Origin: the human T2T-CHM13v2.0 reference genome, Homo sapiens
Length of the DNA: 64,000 nt
Reading direction: 5' to 3' (one strand)
Assembly (NCBI RefSeq): GCF_009914755.1
Contig: NC_060932.1
Position numbers and translations under genes: made by a program. How positions within the stretch are numbered: the stretch's first letter is position 1; each line of letters starts with the position of its first letter. This document shows, in pieces, positions 1-11,935 of the stretch. The notes beneath the pieces are model-generated. The model saw only the letters and a program-made list of their open reading frames with translations. It was not told the origin of the DNA and did not search any database.

Positions 1-1135
1 ATAATAAAATAATAGTTGAAATCTTCCCAAATATGGGGAGAGATGATCATCCAGATTCAGAAAGCTCAAATGTCCCCAATTATATTTAACCCTAAAAGAT
101 CTGCTCGAAGGCATATTATGCTCAAACTATCAAATTCAAAACAGAGAGAATTCTAAAAAATGAAAGAGAATAGCACCAAGTTACATATAAGGGAATCTCT
201 ATTAGACTACCTGTAGACTTCTCAGCAGAAACCTTGCAGGCCAGGAGAGAATAAAATAATATATTCAAATTCCAAAAGAATAAAAACTGTCAACTAAGAA
301 TACTACCTTCAACAAAGCTATACTTCAGAAATAGAGAAGTAAAGACTTCCCCAGACAAACAAAATCTGAGGAAATGTATGACCGTTAAATCAGCCTTACA
401 AGAATTGCTTAAGGGAGTGCTACATCTGGAAACAAAAGGACGATAATCAATACAATAAAATAGAAAACTTGGCAGTTCATAAATTGAACTCAGAATACCC
501 CAGTGATGTAACAGTGTAATGTAAATCTCTCAATCCTTTAGTATGGAAGTTTACAGCCAAAATAGTCAAAAACAGTAAGCTATCATTAGCAGCTAAGGAA
601 CACATAATAGATTTTTAAAAAGTAAATTAAGACAACAAAAATATAAATTGTGGAGAGAAGAGAAAATGTCTAGAGTATTTTTGTAGCACCAAAGTTAAAT
701 TGCTCTCAGCTTAAAATAGGTTATTACAACCACAAGACTTTTTATGTTACCCTTATGGTAACCACAAAGACAGAAATTGTAGCAGATATAAAAATAATAC
801 AAAGAAAGAAACAAGGCTCAACACCACAGAAAACCACCAAACCACAGAGTAAACAACAAACAGAGGAAGAAAGAAACAAAGGATCTACAAAATATTCAGA
901 AAAAAATTAACAAAAAGGAAGGAGTGAATCCTTAAGTTCTTATCTATCAACAATAACCTTTGATGTAAGTGGATCAAATTCTCAAATAAAAATATATAGT
1001 GTAGCTGAATGGATAGAAACAGCAACAAAAACAAACAAACAAAAAAACAGAAAACCCAACTATATGATGCCTGTAAGAGATTCATCTCACCATTAAAGAC
1101 AAACAAACTGAATGTGAAGAAATGAAAAAAGACAA
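1..1135 (+). mobile_element. Old LINE-1 (L1M-type) fragment: ORF1 3' part, inter-ORF region, start of ORF2; degenerate
   Basis: A-rich sense strand with L1 ORF1 hallmarks (gacttctcagcagaaaccttgcaggccaggagagaat; aaagacttccccagacaaac) and ORF2-start motifs (tatcaacaataacctttgatgtaagtgga; aacccaactatatgatgcctgtaagaga); many stops. Confidence 0.85.
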
Positions 1136-1255
1136 CTGTGTGTCAGATACTGCTAAATACCAGGATATAAAAAAGTAAGGTGTGAGTCTTGCAGTTGAGA
1201 GACTGTAGTCTCAAAGAAAAGCCAAGTGAATTATAAAATAATGTAATAATTGTTC

Positions 1256-1713
1256 TGTATTAGGTTGAATGGTGGTCCCCCAAAGATACGATCACCTGTA
1301 TCTTGGTGACTTTATTTGGAATAAAGGATGTGACTTTATTTGGAATAAGAATGTTTGCAGATGTACTTAAGTTCAGGATCTTCATGTGAGATCATCTTGG
1401 TTTTGGCAGTCCCTAAATCCAATGATGAATATACTTTAAAAAGACAGAATAGGGGACACACAAAGACACAGGGAGGAAGGCCACGTGAGGACAGAGGCAG
1501 AGACTGGGGCTATGCTTCCCAATCTAAGGAATGCCAGGAATCCCCGGAAGCAAAAAGGAACAATAAAGTATTCCTGCCTAGAGCCTTCAGAGGGAGCGTG
1601 GTCCTACCAACACCGATTTTGGACTTCAGGCCTAAAAAGTGTGAGAATAGAAATGTCCTCTGTCTCCAATTACTAAGTGGTGGTTTGTTGTGGCAGCCCA
1701 AGGAACTCCCTAC
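1256..1713 (+). mobile_element. MaLR solo LTR, MLT1B/MLT1C-like
   Basis: Starts tgtattaggttgaatggtggtcccccaaag; contains gaaggccacgtgaggacagaggcagagactgg and ctagagccttcagagggagcgtggtcct; ends tttgttgtggcagccc. Confidence 0.8.
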
Positions 1714-1939
1714 CTGCTGTAACAGAGATAGAAGCAAAATATATGGTGAAATGGAGTAGAACCAAGCTCTCTCTGAGGCAATGTGGTTTTCCAATGGCAT
1801 AATATTAGACCCAGAACTTTAAAAAAGAGTAAGTATTTTCCAGGTAAAGTTAGTTTAGGGCCAATCTACCATTTCATTCCTGTTGGCAGAGCTTAAGTTG
1901 GTCGTGCTGGTGATGTTTGGGAATGATAAGCTCACTATG

Positions 1940-2379
1940 CAGTTGACCTTTGAACAAAACAGATTTGAACTACAAGGGTCCACTTACACAGATTTTCTTC
2001 TACCTCTGCCACTTCTGAAACAGCAAGACCATCCCCTCCCCTTCCTCCTCCTCTTCAGCTGACTCAACCTTCATCATGAGGATGAAGACCTTTATGATGA
2101 TCCAATTCCAGTTAATAAATAGTAAATATATTTCCTCTAGGTTATGATTTTCTTAATAACATTTTTCTTTCCTCTAGCTTACTTTACTGTAATAATTTAG
2201 TATATAATACATATATAAAATATGTGTCAATTGACTGTTTATGTAATCAGTAAGGTTTCCAGTCAACAGTAGACTATTAGCAGTTGTGTTTGGGAAGTCA
2301 AAAGTTATATGCAGATTTTTGACAGCACAAGATTGGGGGTTCGGCAACGCTGACCCCCATGTTGTTCAAGGATTAACTA
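1940..2379. mobile_element. Tigger2a-like DNA transposon fossil (TcMar-Tigger)
   Basis: Terminal inverted repeats cagttgacctttgaacaa ... ttgttcaaggattaacta; internal gaggatgaagacctttatgatgatcca. Confidence 0.8.
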
Positions 2380-4284
2380 TGGCTACCTTAAACTATGTAG
2401 AGTTTATTTTAAAGATAGACATGTAAATAAGTAAACAAGGATTTCAGCCATATGCATAGATTTCAAGGGAAGTCAGGCAAAGCAAAGCATCCAAGCTAAG
2501 AAGGAGCAGAAACAGTAGCAAAACTAAAGTCTCTGAGCTTGGACAAGTCAATCATTTGAATCCTAAGCAGCTCTAGAAATCTCTGCAGCAAAGCTTCACA
2601 ATTTTTATTCTAACTCTTTACTATGAACTCAAATCTACCTCTTTATCTGTCCACTTACTTTTCTGTTAACAATTTGATGATTTCCTTCCAGATTTCCTAA
2701 CACAAACTCCAGGAAAAGAATCATATTGACTCACCTAGTAATCTACCAAGCCCTGTCAGAGGCTATGGACCTTCCTATTCCACTTTTCAACGCCTGTCAA
2801 AGATGACAAAGATGACAAACAAGTGGTAAGATTCTAGAAAAGTCTACAGTTGTGAAGGGCCTTAAGTGTCTATCTGAACAATTTTAATTTTATTCTTTGT
2901 ATTCAGGTAATTACAATATTCTTTCGTATGGGGAAACGTCATGATTAACTTTGCTTTTTAGGAAGACATCTGTACAACTGAAAACTAAAATGCAATGAGA
3001 CTTGTGGTAAAGGTGTTAGTGAGAAGCTTTTCTAGTGTTCAAATCACACAAGGGCTGAGATAGGACTGGAACCCAGTGTTTTTCTGCCATCTACTCCTAA
3101 GTAATTTTATGCAGAAAGCTGTCTAAAATATGAAGTGCATGGATCTCTTGAGATTTTCTGCTTTGATCTTTGCTTTTTTATGCAGCTTCATTTAGCACCA
3201 ATTTATCAGTGGAAAAGGGGATTTGATGACTTCATGTTCGTGGATGGCGATGTACCATGCTTCCACACCGGAGGGAGGCAAAACCTCAAAACCTTGGCAT
3301 TTCTATGCATGATTTTAACAGCTTGAGTTATATAAATGCTTTTTGCTGTAGGAAAAAAAAAAAAAAAGCCAGGCATCAACAAAAACACCTTCCACAAAAT
3401 GACTAGGTAATAAAGATTAAGAATAGAGTAAATCCATTTGACTTCAGGTAAAAGACAACCCCAGATATTTATTATTGCTGTCTTTTTTAATGTTTTCCTT
3501 TTCTTTCTCTTTCAATTAAGATACAACTTTGAGTTCTAAGCGTTCCAATCATGTCATTATCAAGACACTTTGGAGAGGGGAGGAGGAAGGGTTGGCAAGA
3601 TTTCTACATATACAGTGCATGCAGATACAATAGGCACAGAGTAGAAAACAAAGGCTCGTGTCAACCAGCCATTTTCCATCTTACATTTCAAACTCATTTT
3701 AAACAAGCAAATACAAACATTCCTGAGCAATGAGAAAAAGCAAAGCAGCGTGTTATTTTTTTGGGGGGGGTTTGTTCTTTTTTTTGGCTCCACTTTTTAT
3801 CTTTCAGTGAGTTTCTTAATAACGCCTTTGACAAGTAACATGCTTTTTCCATTTGCAATAAAACTCACTAAAGAATAGGCAGCTCTCCCTTCCTTTATCA
3901 GCTTCCTTTGTTGCTGCTGCACCAGGAGACTTTTTTTTTTTCCAAGTAAGGCCTCAACCAAGACGGAGATGTTTTATAATGAGTAATTACACCAAGATCA
4001 TTTCATTAACCCTTCATTGTCCTCAAATCTGATTTAACCTGCTGAAAAAAAAAAGAACATAATTGAAAATATAGGAAATCCATAACAATAAATGACAGAG
4101 CTGGAAGAGATATGCTTGCATGGTGTGTGATGGAAAAATGCACCTTCAGGGGCACAGCCTGACCTTTTCAGGAAACCAGCAGTCATAAATGTGTCCTAGA
4201 AGCACACTCAGTTTTCAAAGATACCAAAGGAAGAAGAGAACAACATATTACAGTTAAATGCACTTATCCTCCATTTACACTGAG

Positions 4285-4513
4285 TGTTATGTGCAGTTGG
4301 GAAGAGCGTGGGCTCTGTAGTCAGATGGAAAGTCAGGATCTAAATTTCCCATCAGACAAGATACCTAGCCCATGGCATATCTTTCTGAGATAATGGAGAT
4401 TATGTTGGTTCCTAACTCATGGAAGACTGCAAAGAAGAAATGCAACACTGTATTACATAAAGCTCTTAGTATGAGGTCTGCTATATAATAGATCCCTGAA
4501 AAATGTTAGCTGT
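4285..4513 (+). mobile_element. MIR SINE, degenerate
   Basis: aagagcgtgggctctgtagtcaga ... aatggagat ... taaagctcttag ... aaatgttagctgtt. Confidence 0.6.
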
Positions 4514-4842
4514 TCAAGATAAGGTAGACAACAGCATCTTTATACTCTATATTAAGTGACTGCCCTTGCACTAAAAGAATTTGTCATCTAATATAGAGCA
4601 TAAAGATTCCAGAGATACTACTATTTTCTCTGATGAATTTGGTAAGCTGGTTTTAATTCTAGGTCTGTTTGGAAGTGTTCATGTCCTCAATCACTCTTCA
4701 ATTTGTTGTAATGTCACACAATTATTCTTGGCCTCTGTTGTCTATCTAAAGCAGGAATATTTTATTACTATTGTCTGTACCACAAGTAAGAGATGACATT
4801 GAGCCCATCTAATTTTAGAATTAAATAACCAAGGAAAGATTA

Positions 4843-5020
4843 AGCAGTGTAGTATATTGAAAATACCTGTTGATAGTAGTAGTCAAATAAACTCGGATCC
4901 AGCATCTCATTTGTTTAGCAGTCTTAATGTTGGTGATTTCTCTTTGGGTTACAGTTTCTTCATTTATGAAGTGGGGGTAGTAATATCTACACAATAGTGT
5001 TAATGAGAGGATGAAGTATA
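4843..5020 (+). mobile_element. MIR SINE, degenerate
   Basis: MIR core cagtttcttcatttatgaagtgggggtagtaatatctac. Confidence 0.55.
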
Positions 5021-5024
5021 GAAT

Positions 5025-6200
5025 TTTTTAGAATTTTATTTTGAAATAATATTAGACTTACTAGAGAGTTGTAAAAGTAACACAAAGTTTCTTCATCCAG
5101 CTTCTCCTGATGTTAACACCTTCCCTAGCCATACTACAATTATCAAAACCAGGAAACTAGCATTGACATCATTCAAATTTAGAGATTGTTAACTAATGTA
5201 TGTGTATTATACAAATTTCATCAATTTTCTCATTAATGTCCTTTTTTCTGGTCCAAGATCCAATTCAGCATTTGGTAGTGCATTTAGTTTTCAAGTCTGT
5301 TAAGTGATTTCCCGTCTGTTGTAGTTTCTCAGTCTTTCTTTGTCATTCATGACCTTAACACTTTTGACTTGTATAGTACTAACAATTTATTTTTTTAGAC
5401 TCTCCTTCCATTTGGACTTGGCTGATTTATTCTTATAATTAGATTGAGATTACACATTTTTGTCAAGAATGCAGCCCAGTGTGTAGCATTGTGATGATTG
5501 TGTGATGAGCCCTCCTCAGTACAACAAAACAGCGAGAACATGATGTTATGGCTTGTTATTAGTGACATTAATTTTGATCACTTGATGAAGATGGGCCTGC
5601 CAGATTTTATCACTGTAAGGTGACCATTTTTTCTTTGTAATGAGTGTCTTATGGTGAGATATTTTGTGACCATACAAGTGTCCCTTTTCTCATACTTCTG
5701 TCCACTAATTTTATTATCTATCCATGATTCCTGCCTGCAACACTTATGTGTTGACTACCTAATGGTGACTTATTTTTCACTATTCCTGCATATTAATTGT
5801 AATTTTACTGTAAGGAAGAACTATCTCTTCTTCCCTATCTATTTATTTAATTATTTACTTACATCAGTGTGGACTCATGTACATCTATTTTATTATATGG
5901 GTTATAATCTCTTTCCATCAGTTTATATTCTTTGCTTGAATCTTCCTAGATTTGACCATTGAGAGTTATGTCAAATTAGACTCTGAGTTGTTTGAATGTG
6001 GTCCCATCATTTTTCAAGTATTTGTTTACTTTCTGTAACCACAAAAATTCCAGGCTCAACTTGTACTTTTTCTCCTCAACTTTGGAATCAGCTGTTTGTC
6101 CAAGGAGTCCTAGTGTCTTTACTGGGAAATTGCATTTAGAAATCAAGATCCATATGCTAGGTGAGCTGATACCTACTAAGATATTATTGCTTCTAGGTGT
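5025..6200 (-). mobile_element. Old L1 3' end (L1MC-like), antisense
   Basis: ttttattttgaaataatattagacttac ... ccagcttctcctgatgttaac ... attatcaaaaccaggaaa ... catttagaaatcaagatc. Confidence 0.7.
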
Positions 6201-6224
6201 TTGCAATAAATACTGTTAGGAAAT

Positions 6225-6322
6225 ATGTGTATAATACAAACACATACATATACACATGCACATATACACATGGCTATATATATATATATACACACACACA
6301 CATATATATACACACACATATG
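6225..6322. repeat. Mixed (CA)n/(TA)n microsatellite
   Basis: Directly visible alternating CA/TA tract. Confidence 0.9.
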
Positions 6323-6449
6323 GTTATATGATTTCTCTAGCAATGAATTAATTTCATTCATTCATTTTTGGATATGTTCTGCAGATCAGAGCTATAACAA
6401 AAGTTGTACTCAGCAAAGTATGACTCCTGCCAATCCTTCTATCCCATTT

Positions 6450-6850
6450 TCATTTACTCATTCTTTTTACCTTAATGTCATCTTCCCCACCTAGGTAACT
6501 TATCTCATTAGTCTCTGGTTTATTCTTATATTTATTTTTGCACATGTTATTAGGTATATATATAGTTTCTTATATTCCTCTGTCTTAAATAAAAGTAGCA
6601 TACCATAGATATTTATATGTTTTGATTTTTTTTCATTTAACAATACATCCAAGAAATTCATCCATCTTACTTAATAAGATATCTTCTTATTCTTTTTTTA
6701 TTGCTGCATTGTTCTCTATTTTGTGGCTACACCTTAGTTTATTCAAATGCTCTCCTATTTATGGCATTTGGGTTGTTTCTAATATATTGCATTTACAAAG
6801 AATGCTGCAGTGAATAACCTTGCACTTATGTACTTTTGTATTGGTATAAG
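6450..6850 (-). mobile_element. Old L1 (L1ME-like) fragment, antisense
   Basis: catttgggttgtttctaa ... aatgctgcagtgaataaccttgcact. Confidence 0.6.
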
Positions 6851-7623
6851 TATCATAACATTTTTAAAGTGTTGGGTATATAGCAAAAGTAGTCACTAAC
6901 CCTTCCAAATTTGTAGAGGGCCTAGGCTTATATCCAGAAGTGTTTGAGGTATCAATGTTAGGAGGAGGTTATTATTGGCTGTACCTGTTTGGTATATAAA
7001 GAGGAAGAAAAAGAATTGTCTCTGACTGATAAAGCTTGAAAATCAGGAGATGGTTGAAAGCACCAAGTGTATTGGGAAGAAAGATGTAGACTAAACTTGA
7101 CCTGACATAAGGGATCTGCAAAGTCAGCTAATCAAGAGGTTTTGGGAGAGGAAAATCAGAGTCAAAAGACAGGGCCTGAGGCCACCAGGAGCAGGATTGT
7201 TTTCAGTGCATGGAGAACAAACTGGTATTAAAGATGTAACCAGGGAAGCAAATGACTCTCCTTGCAGAAAGCTTGGCAAGTGTGGCTACTTTTTAAAAAT
7301 ATGTCAATTTCTTCAAACTCTTATTAATGAAAATGTAGTAGATAGAGGCTATAGGAAGTAAATGACAGTTTGTTCTCAGTCTGACATTTCTTGTAAATGC
7401 ATGTAGGGTTTCCTGACCCACATCCCTCTGTTTGCAAATTCTTTCCTAAGACCATTTTCTAACTTTCATAACTTCAAATCAACATATATTAAAAAGAACA
7501 ATTTCTGATTGTGTGACTGTTCCTTTTAATTTTATCCTGGTTTGCCTGAAGTCAAAAAGTTATTAAGAGTCTATTAATGTAGCAAAAGAAAACAGAAAAT
7601 CATTGAAATTATCTTTATGGTAT

Positions 7624-7814
7624 TGTCTTGGTTCAGTTTGTGTTTCCGTAAAAGAATACCACAGACATTGTTCTTTCGTAATCAGCATTAATCTCTGCAT
7701 GAGGGTGGATCCCTCAGGACCTAAACAACCATTAGGCCCCACCTCCCAACACTGTTGCATTGGGGATTAAGTTTCCAGTACCTGAACTCTGGAGGACACA
7801 TTTAAACCACAGCA
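7624..7814 (-). mobile_element. MaLR LTR (MST-type), internally deleted
   Basis: Both LTR ends present (tgtcttggttcagtttgtg ... ggccccacctcccaacactgttgcattggggattaagtttcca ... ggacacatttaaaccacagca) in only about 190 bp. Confidence 0.75.
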
Positions 7815-8277
7815 GGTATCTAAACATTCCATCCACAAGGTGAAAGAGATGTTGTGATACCAATAAATACATCCATCCTCCTTTTCCAAATTCCAAAATC
7901 ATTGAGAGAAAGATGGAGACACCAGAGATGGAGAACAAAATAGTAGCTTCATTACTACAAAACAGTGCAAATCTGAAGAATGTGATGTAATACCTGTGAT
8001 ATACTGATCTTGTTAATGCTTCATCCCACGACAGGAAAAACAGGAAACTCGAAGTTCCCTTGCGAGGAGCTGTCTGTCAGAAAATAGAAGTTTCTTGTTG
8101 ACAAGATCAGGCCAAAAGTGGAGAGCAGGAAGAGCAGAACTAAGCACACTCAAGTAGTTCTTCCAAATTCATCAATTAAGAAAGTTCCATCTCTTCCCAT
8201 TGGGTAGGGGTGATTATAGATAGGAGGAGAGGCTAGAGCTCCTCTGCACACATAAATTGACAGAGGGGAAATAATTG

Positions 8278-8291
8278 TTTTCTTTTTCTTT

Positions 8292-8322
<31 letters not shown>

Positions 8323-8480
8323 GGTAGAGATGGGGTCTTCTTTCTTGCTTTCTCACCCAGGCTGGAGTGTAGGGGCACAATCATAGCTCACTCCTGCCTC
8401 AAATTCCTGGCCTCAAGTGATGCTCCCACCTCAGCCTCCCAAAGCACTGGGATTACAGGCATGAGCCACTGTACCCAGCC
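8278..8480 (-). mobile_element. Alu monomer (FRAM/AluJ-like)
   Basis: Poly(T), then cacccaggctggagtg ... ctgggattacaggcatgagccactgtacccagcc. Confidence 0.85.
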
Positions 8481-8494
8481 AGGATATAGTTGAC

Positions 8495-8799
<305 letters not shown>

Positions 8800-8910
8800 T
8801 CACCATAAATAAGATACCTCCCAACCTACACACTTCCAAGGATGAGATTGGAGAGCTACTTTAATACTCTGGGTGCACTCATTTCCAAAGGCGTACTTTC
8901 ACCTTCTGAT

Positions 8911-9183
8911 GTGGCCCTCTGTTAGGGCCCTCGGGTTTATTGTATATATTTTGGTGGATCAGGACATGCTAAGTCCTGACCTCAGAGGCATGCTTGGTGG
9001 CGTGGCCCTCTGTTAGGGCCCTCGGGTTTATTGTATATATTTTGGTGGATCAGGACATGCTAAGTCCTGACCTCAGAGGCATGCTTGGTGGCGTGACCCT
9101 CTGTTAGGGTCCTCGGGTTTATGGTATATATTTTGGTGGATCAGGACATGCTAAGTCCTGACCTCAGAAGCATGCTTGGTGGC
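8911..9183. repeat. Minisatellite/VNTR, 3 x 91 bp
   Basis: Units start at 8911, 9002 and 9093; copies 1 and 2 identical, copy 3 differs at 4 positions. Confidence 0.97.
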
Positions 9184-10183
9184 AAAATTCTTAGCAAGGG
9201 TGCTGTTTAATGAAAATTAAGCACTCCAGACTCCTACCACTTCTGTCTCTTTTTTTAATCTGATGCTGCTTTTACATCTTGAATTAATTATTCTTCCAAA
9301 GCTCCATGACTTGTTTGTCTCATGCAGGGAGAGACAGGTGGGAGAGTTAATTAAATATCTTCTTGTCAGACAGCGGATGAAATCTTCAGTACCACTGGTC
9401 TTGGAGTGTGTATATGTGTGTTTGCGTGTGGGTGTTCTTAACTTATTTTTCTGTGAAGAGATTGAAAGGCAGTAATGGTCTTCTTATTTATTTTAATGGC
9501 TGGGTGGACTTTGCTTTGAAAAATATCAGACTACAGCAGCACAGAAGCAAAGTGGCAGTAGGGGTCTAACTGGGTGATTTATTGGACAGTGCTCATAAGC
9601 AACTAGGGCCATGTCATAGTCAAAACCTCTTTCCTGGGCTTTGCACTACATGGTATATACCTTAAGATCTATTTCACTGCGTCCTTCGTGCTGATAGGGA
9701 TGGACACAGCCCATTGCCTATAAGGATATAGGAGGTTGTTGGAGAGAATTGTGTTGCTGCAAGAAGAACAAGACTATTATAAGAGCAAATATCTGGGTGA
9801 GGAATGGGAGTGAGCGATTGGGATGCTGGCCGGGCTTAAATATCATCTGGGAGAAGAAGAGTACCGTTTTTGGTAACAAAGAATAATTTCCAGGCCTTTT
9901 GAATCTACAGTCATAGCTATTTTTTTTTTTAATTTTAGACAAGTCAGTTTGTTTATATATTCAAAAATAGTGTGTATCTTGTCGTTGAGGAGACAATAAT
10001 TGAGAAGAAGAAACACTGCATTTAAGATTCTTTGAGATTATCCCTACTATTATTTAAGCAACAATCTCCTGTCCAAGGGAAGTAAAGCATGGATTATTAT
10101 AGGTAGCCAAGTATTTGATTATATGATATATATAAGCTATGTGCATATGCTCCTTTTACAGAAGAATGTAATTTCTTTTCCTC

Positions 10184-10489
10184 TTTTTTTTTTTTTTTTT
10201 TGAAGGAGAGTCTCACTCTGTCACCCAGGCTAGAGTACAGTGGCCGGATCTTGGCTCACAGCAACCTCTGCCTCCCAGGTTCAAGCAATTCTCGTTCCTC
10301 AACCTCCCAGATAGATGGAATTACAGGTGCCCACCACCATGCCCAGATAATTTTTTTTTTTTTGTATTTTAGTAGAGACAGGGTTTCACCATATTGCCCA
10401 AATTATTTTGAACTCCTGAACTCAGGCAATCCACCTACCTCGGCCTCCCAAAGTGCTGGGATTACAGGTGTGAGCCACCGCGCCCTGCC
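10184..10489 (-). mobile_element. Alu (AluS-like)
   Basis: Dimeric Alu consensus with poly(T). Confidence 0.92.
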
Positions 10490-10498
10490 AACGGGTCG

Positions 10499-10831
<333 letters not shown>

Positions 10832-11319
10832 TAAGTTATTTACTGCTTCCAAATCTTTAAGAAAAACTGCCTTGAATTTCTTAGTTTGAATGATGGGAAA
10901 TATTTTTGCCACATCATGAAAGAAATAATAAAATCCTCTGGAGGGCCTTGGCTGCCTCACCTGGTCTCTGTTCCATCATTCTTGGATGGTAGCTTGGGAT
11001 TCATTTTCTATATGTCTTGAAAAATATTTGCCTATGCTTTAGCCTGAGTGGAATAGTCCCCCCAAATCATGTCAAACCCAGATCCTTTGTCAATTAAAGG
11101 ATCACCTCGATCACAATACTTTCCTTATTCATTGTAGGTAGAAGTCGTCTTTCCTTGACCTCTTCTAATCTGTGGCTCACCTTCACTTATAATACTTCTT
11201 GCACATTATCTTTCATACCTATTTTGGTGTGTTCCCTATTTTCTTTACTACATATCTTTCTTAAGAGTGGGGTCTATATCTTAAGTGCACTGTCACATAA
11301 ATGTGAACATTCAACATAG

Positions 11320-11935
11320 TCTTGTTTTCCTGGAATGCATTTCTAATTGAAGGTGGGGGTAGAGAAAATAAAAAATGAAGAAACAAATAAAATAATAAGA
11401 TAAACATATTAACACTGTAATCATTCTTAAAAGATATAAAACAGTCATGTTGTAGAGAGTGACCCGGCAGTGGAGGCGGGGTGGATTGTTATGCATGAGG
11501 AGGTAGATAGCAGAGGAGTTGAATAATCAGAAGAGGCTTCTGGGATGTTCAAGCTGAGGCCTGAAGGAAAAGAAAGAACTGAAGATGCAAATATCTCTTA
11601 TTAGAGTGTTTTATGGACAAGCAACAGAGAGCAAGCCTCTTTCTTAGATAGTTATGAACTTGGAAGGCACAGCAAAGAAAAAATGGCTAGTATGTGGGTA
11701 TGTGCTCTCGGAAACATTAAGGGATGGAGAGAAGTTGGGGAAACCATTAGCTAGCGCTAGTGGGCTGTGAAAAGGAGCATCTTAAGCAGACGGTTAATAC
11801 AGACTAAGTTTCATTGATAAAGACCCTTTTGAACGTTGTGTAGAACAGGATTATAAGCGTGCCAGAATGACAAGAGGAAGACCAGTTATAAGGAGGATGT
11901 GTTAGTCCAGGTGAGAGTGAATGAGTCTTGAACCA
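11320..11935 (-). mobile_element. LINE-2 fragment, antisense
   Basis: aagctgaggcctgaagga ... gaagaccagttataaggagg ... tagtccaggtgagag. Confidence 0.55.

Noticed and set aside
1355-1759. 134-aa ORF
   Set aside because: Largely within an MLT1 LTR, non-ATG start, no coding features.
8911-9183. CRISPR-like array (hairpin-containing repeats)
   Set aside because: Units are head-to-tail with no unique spacers, there are no cas genes and the context is primate DNA.
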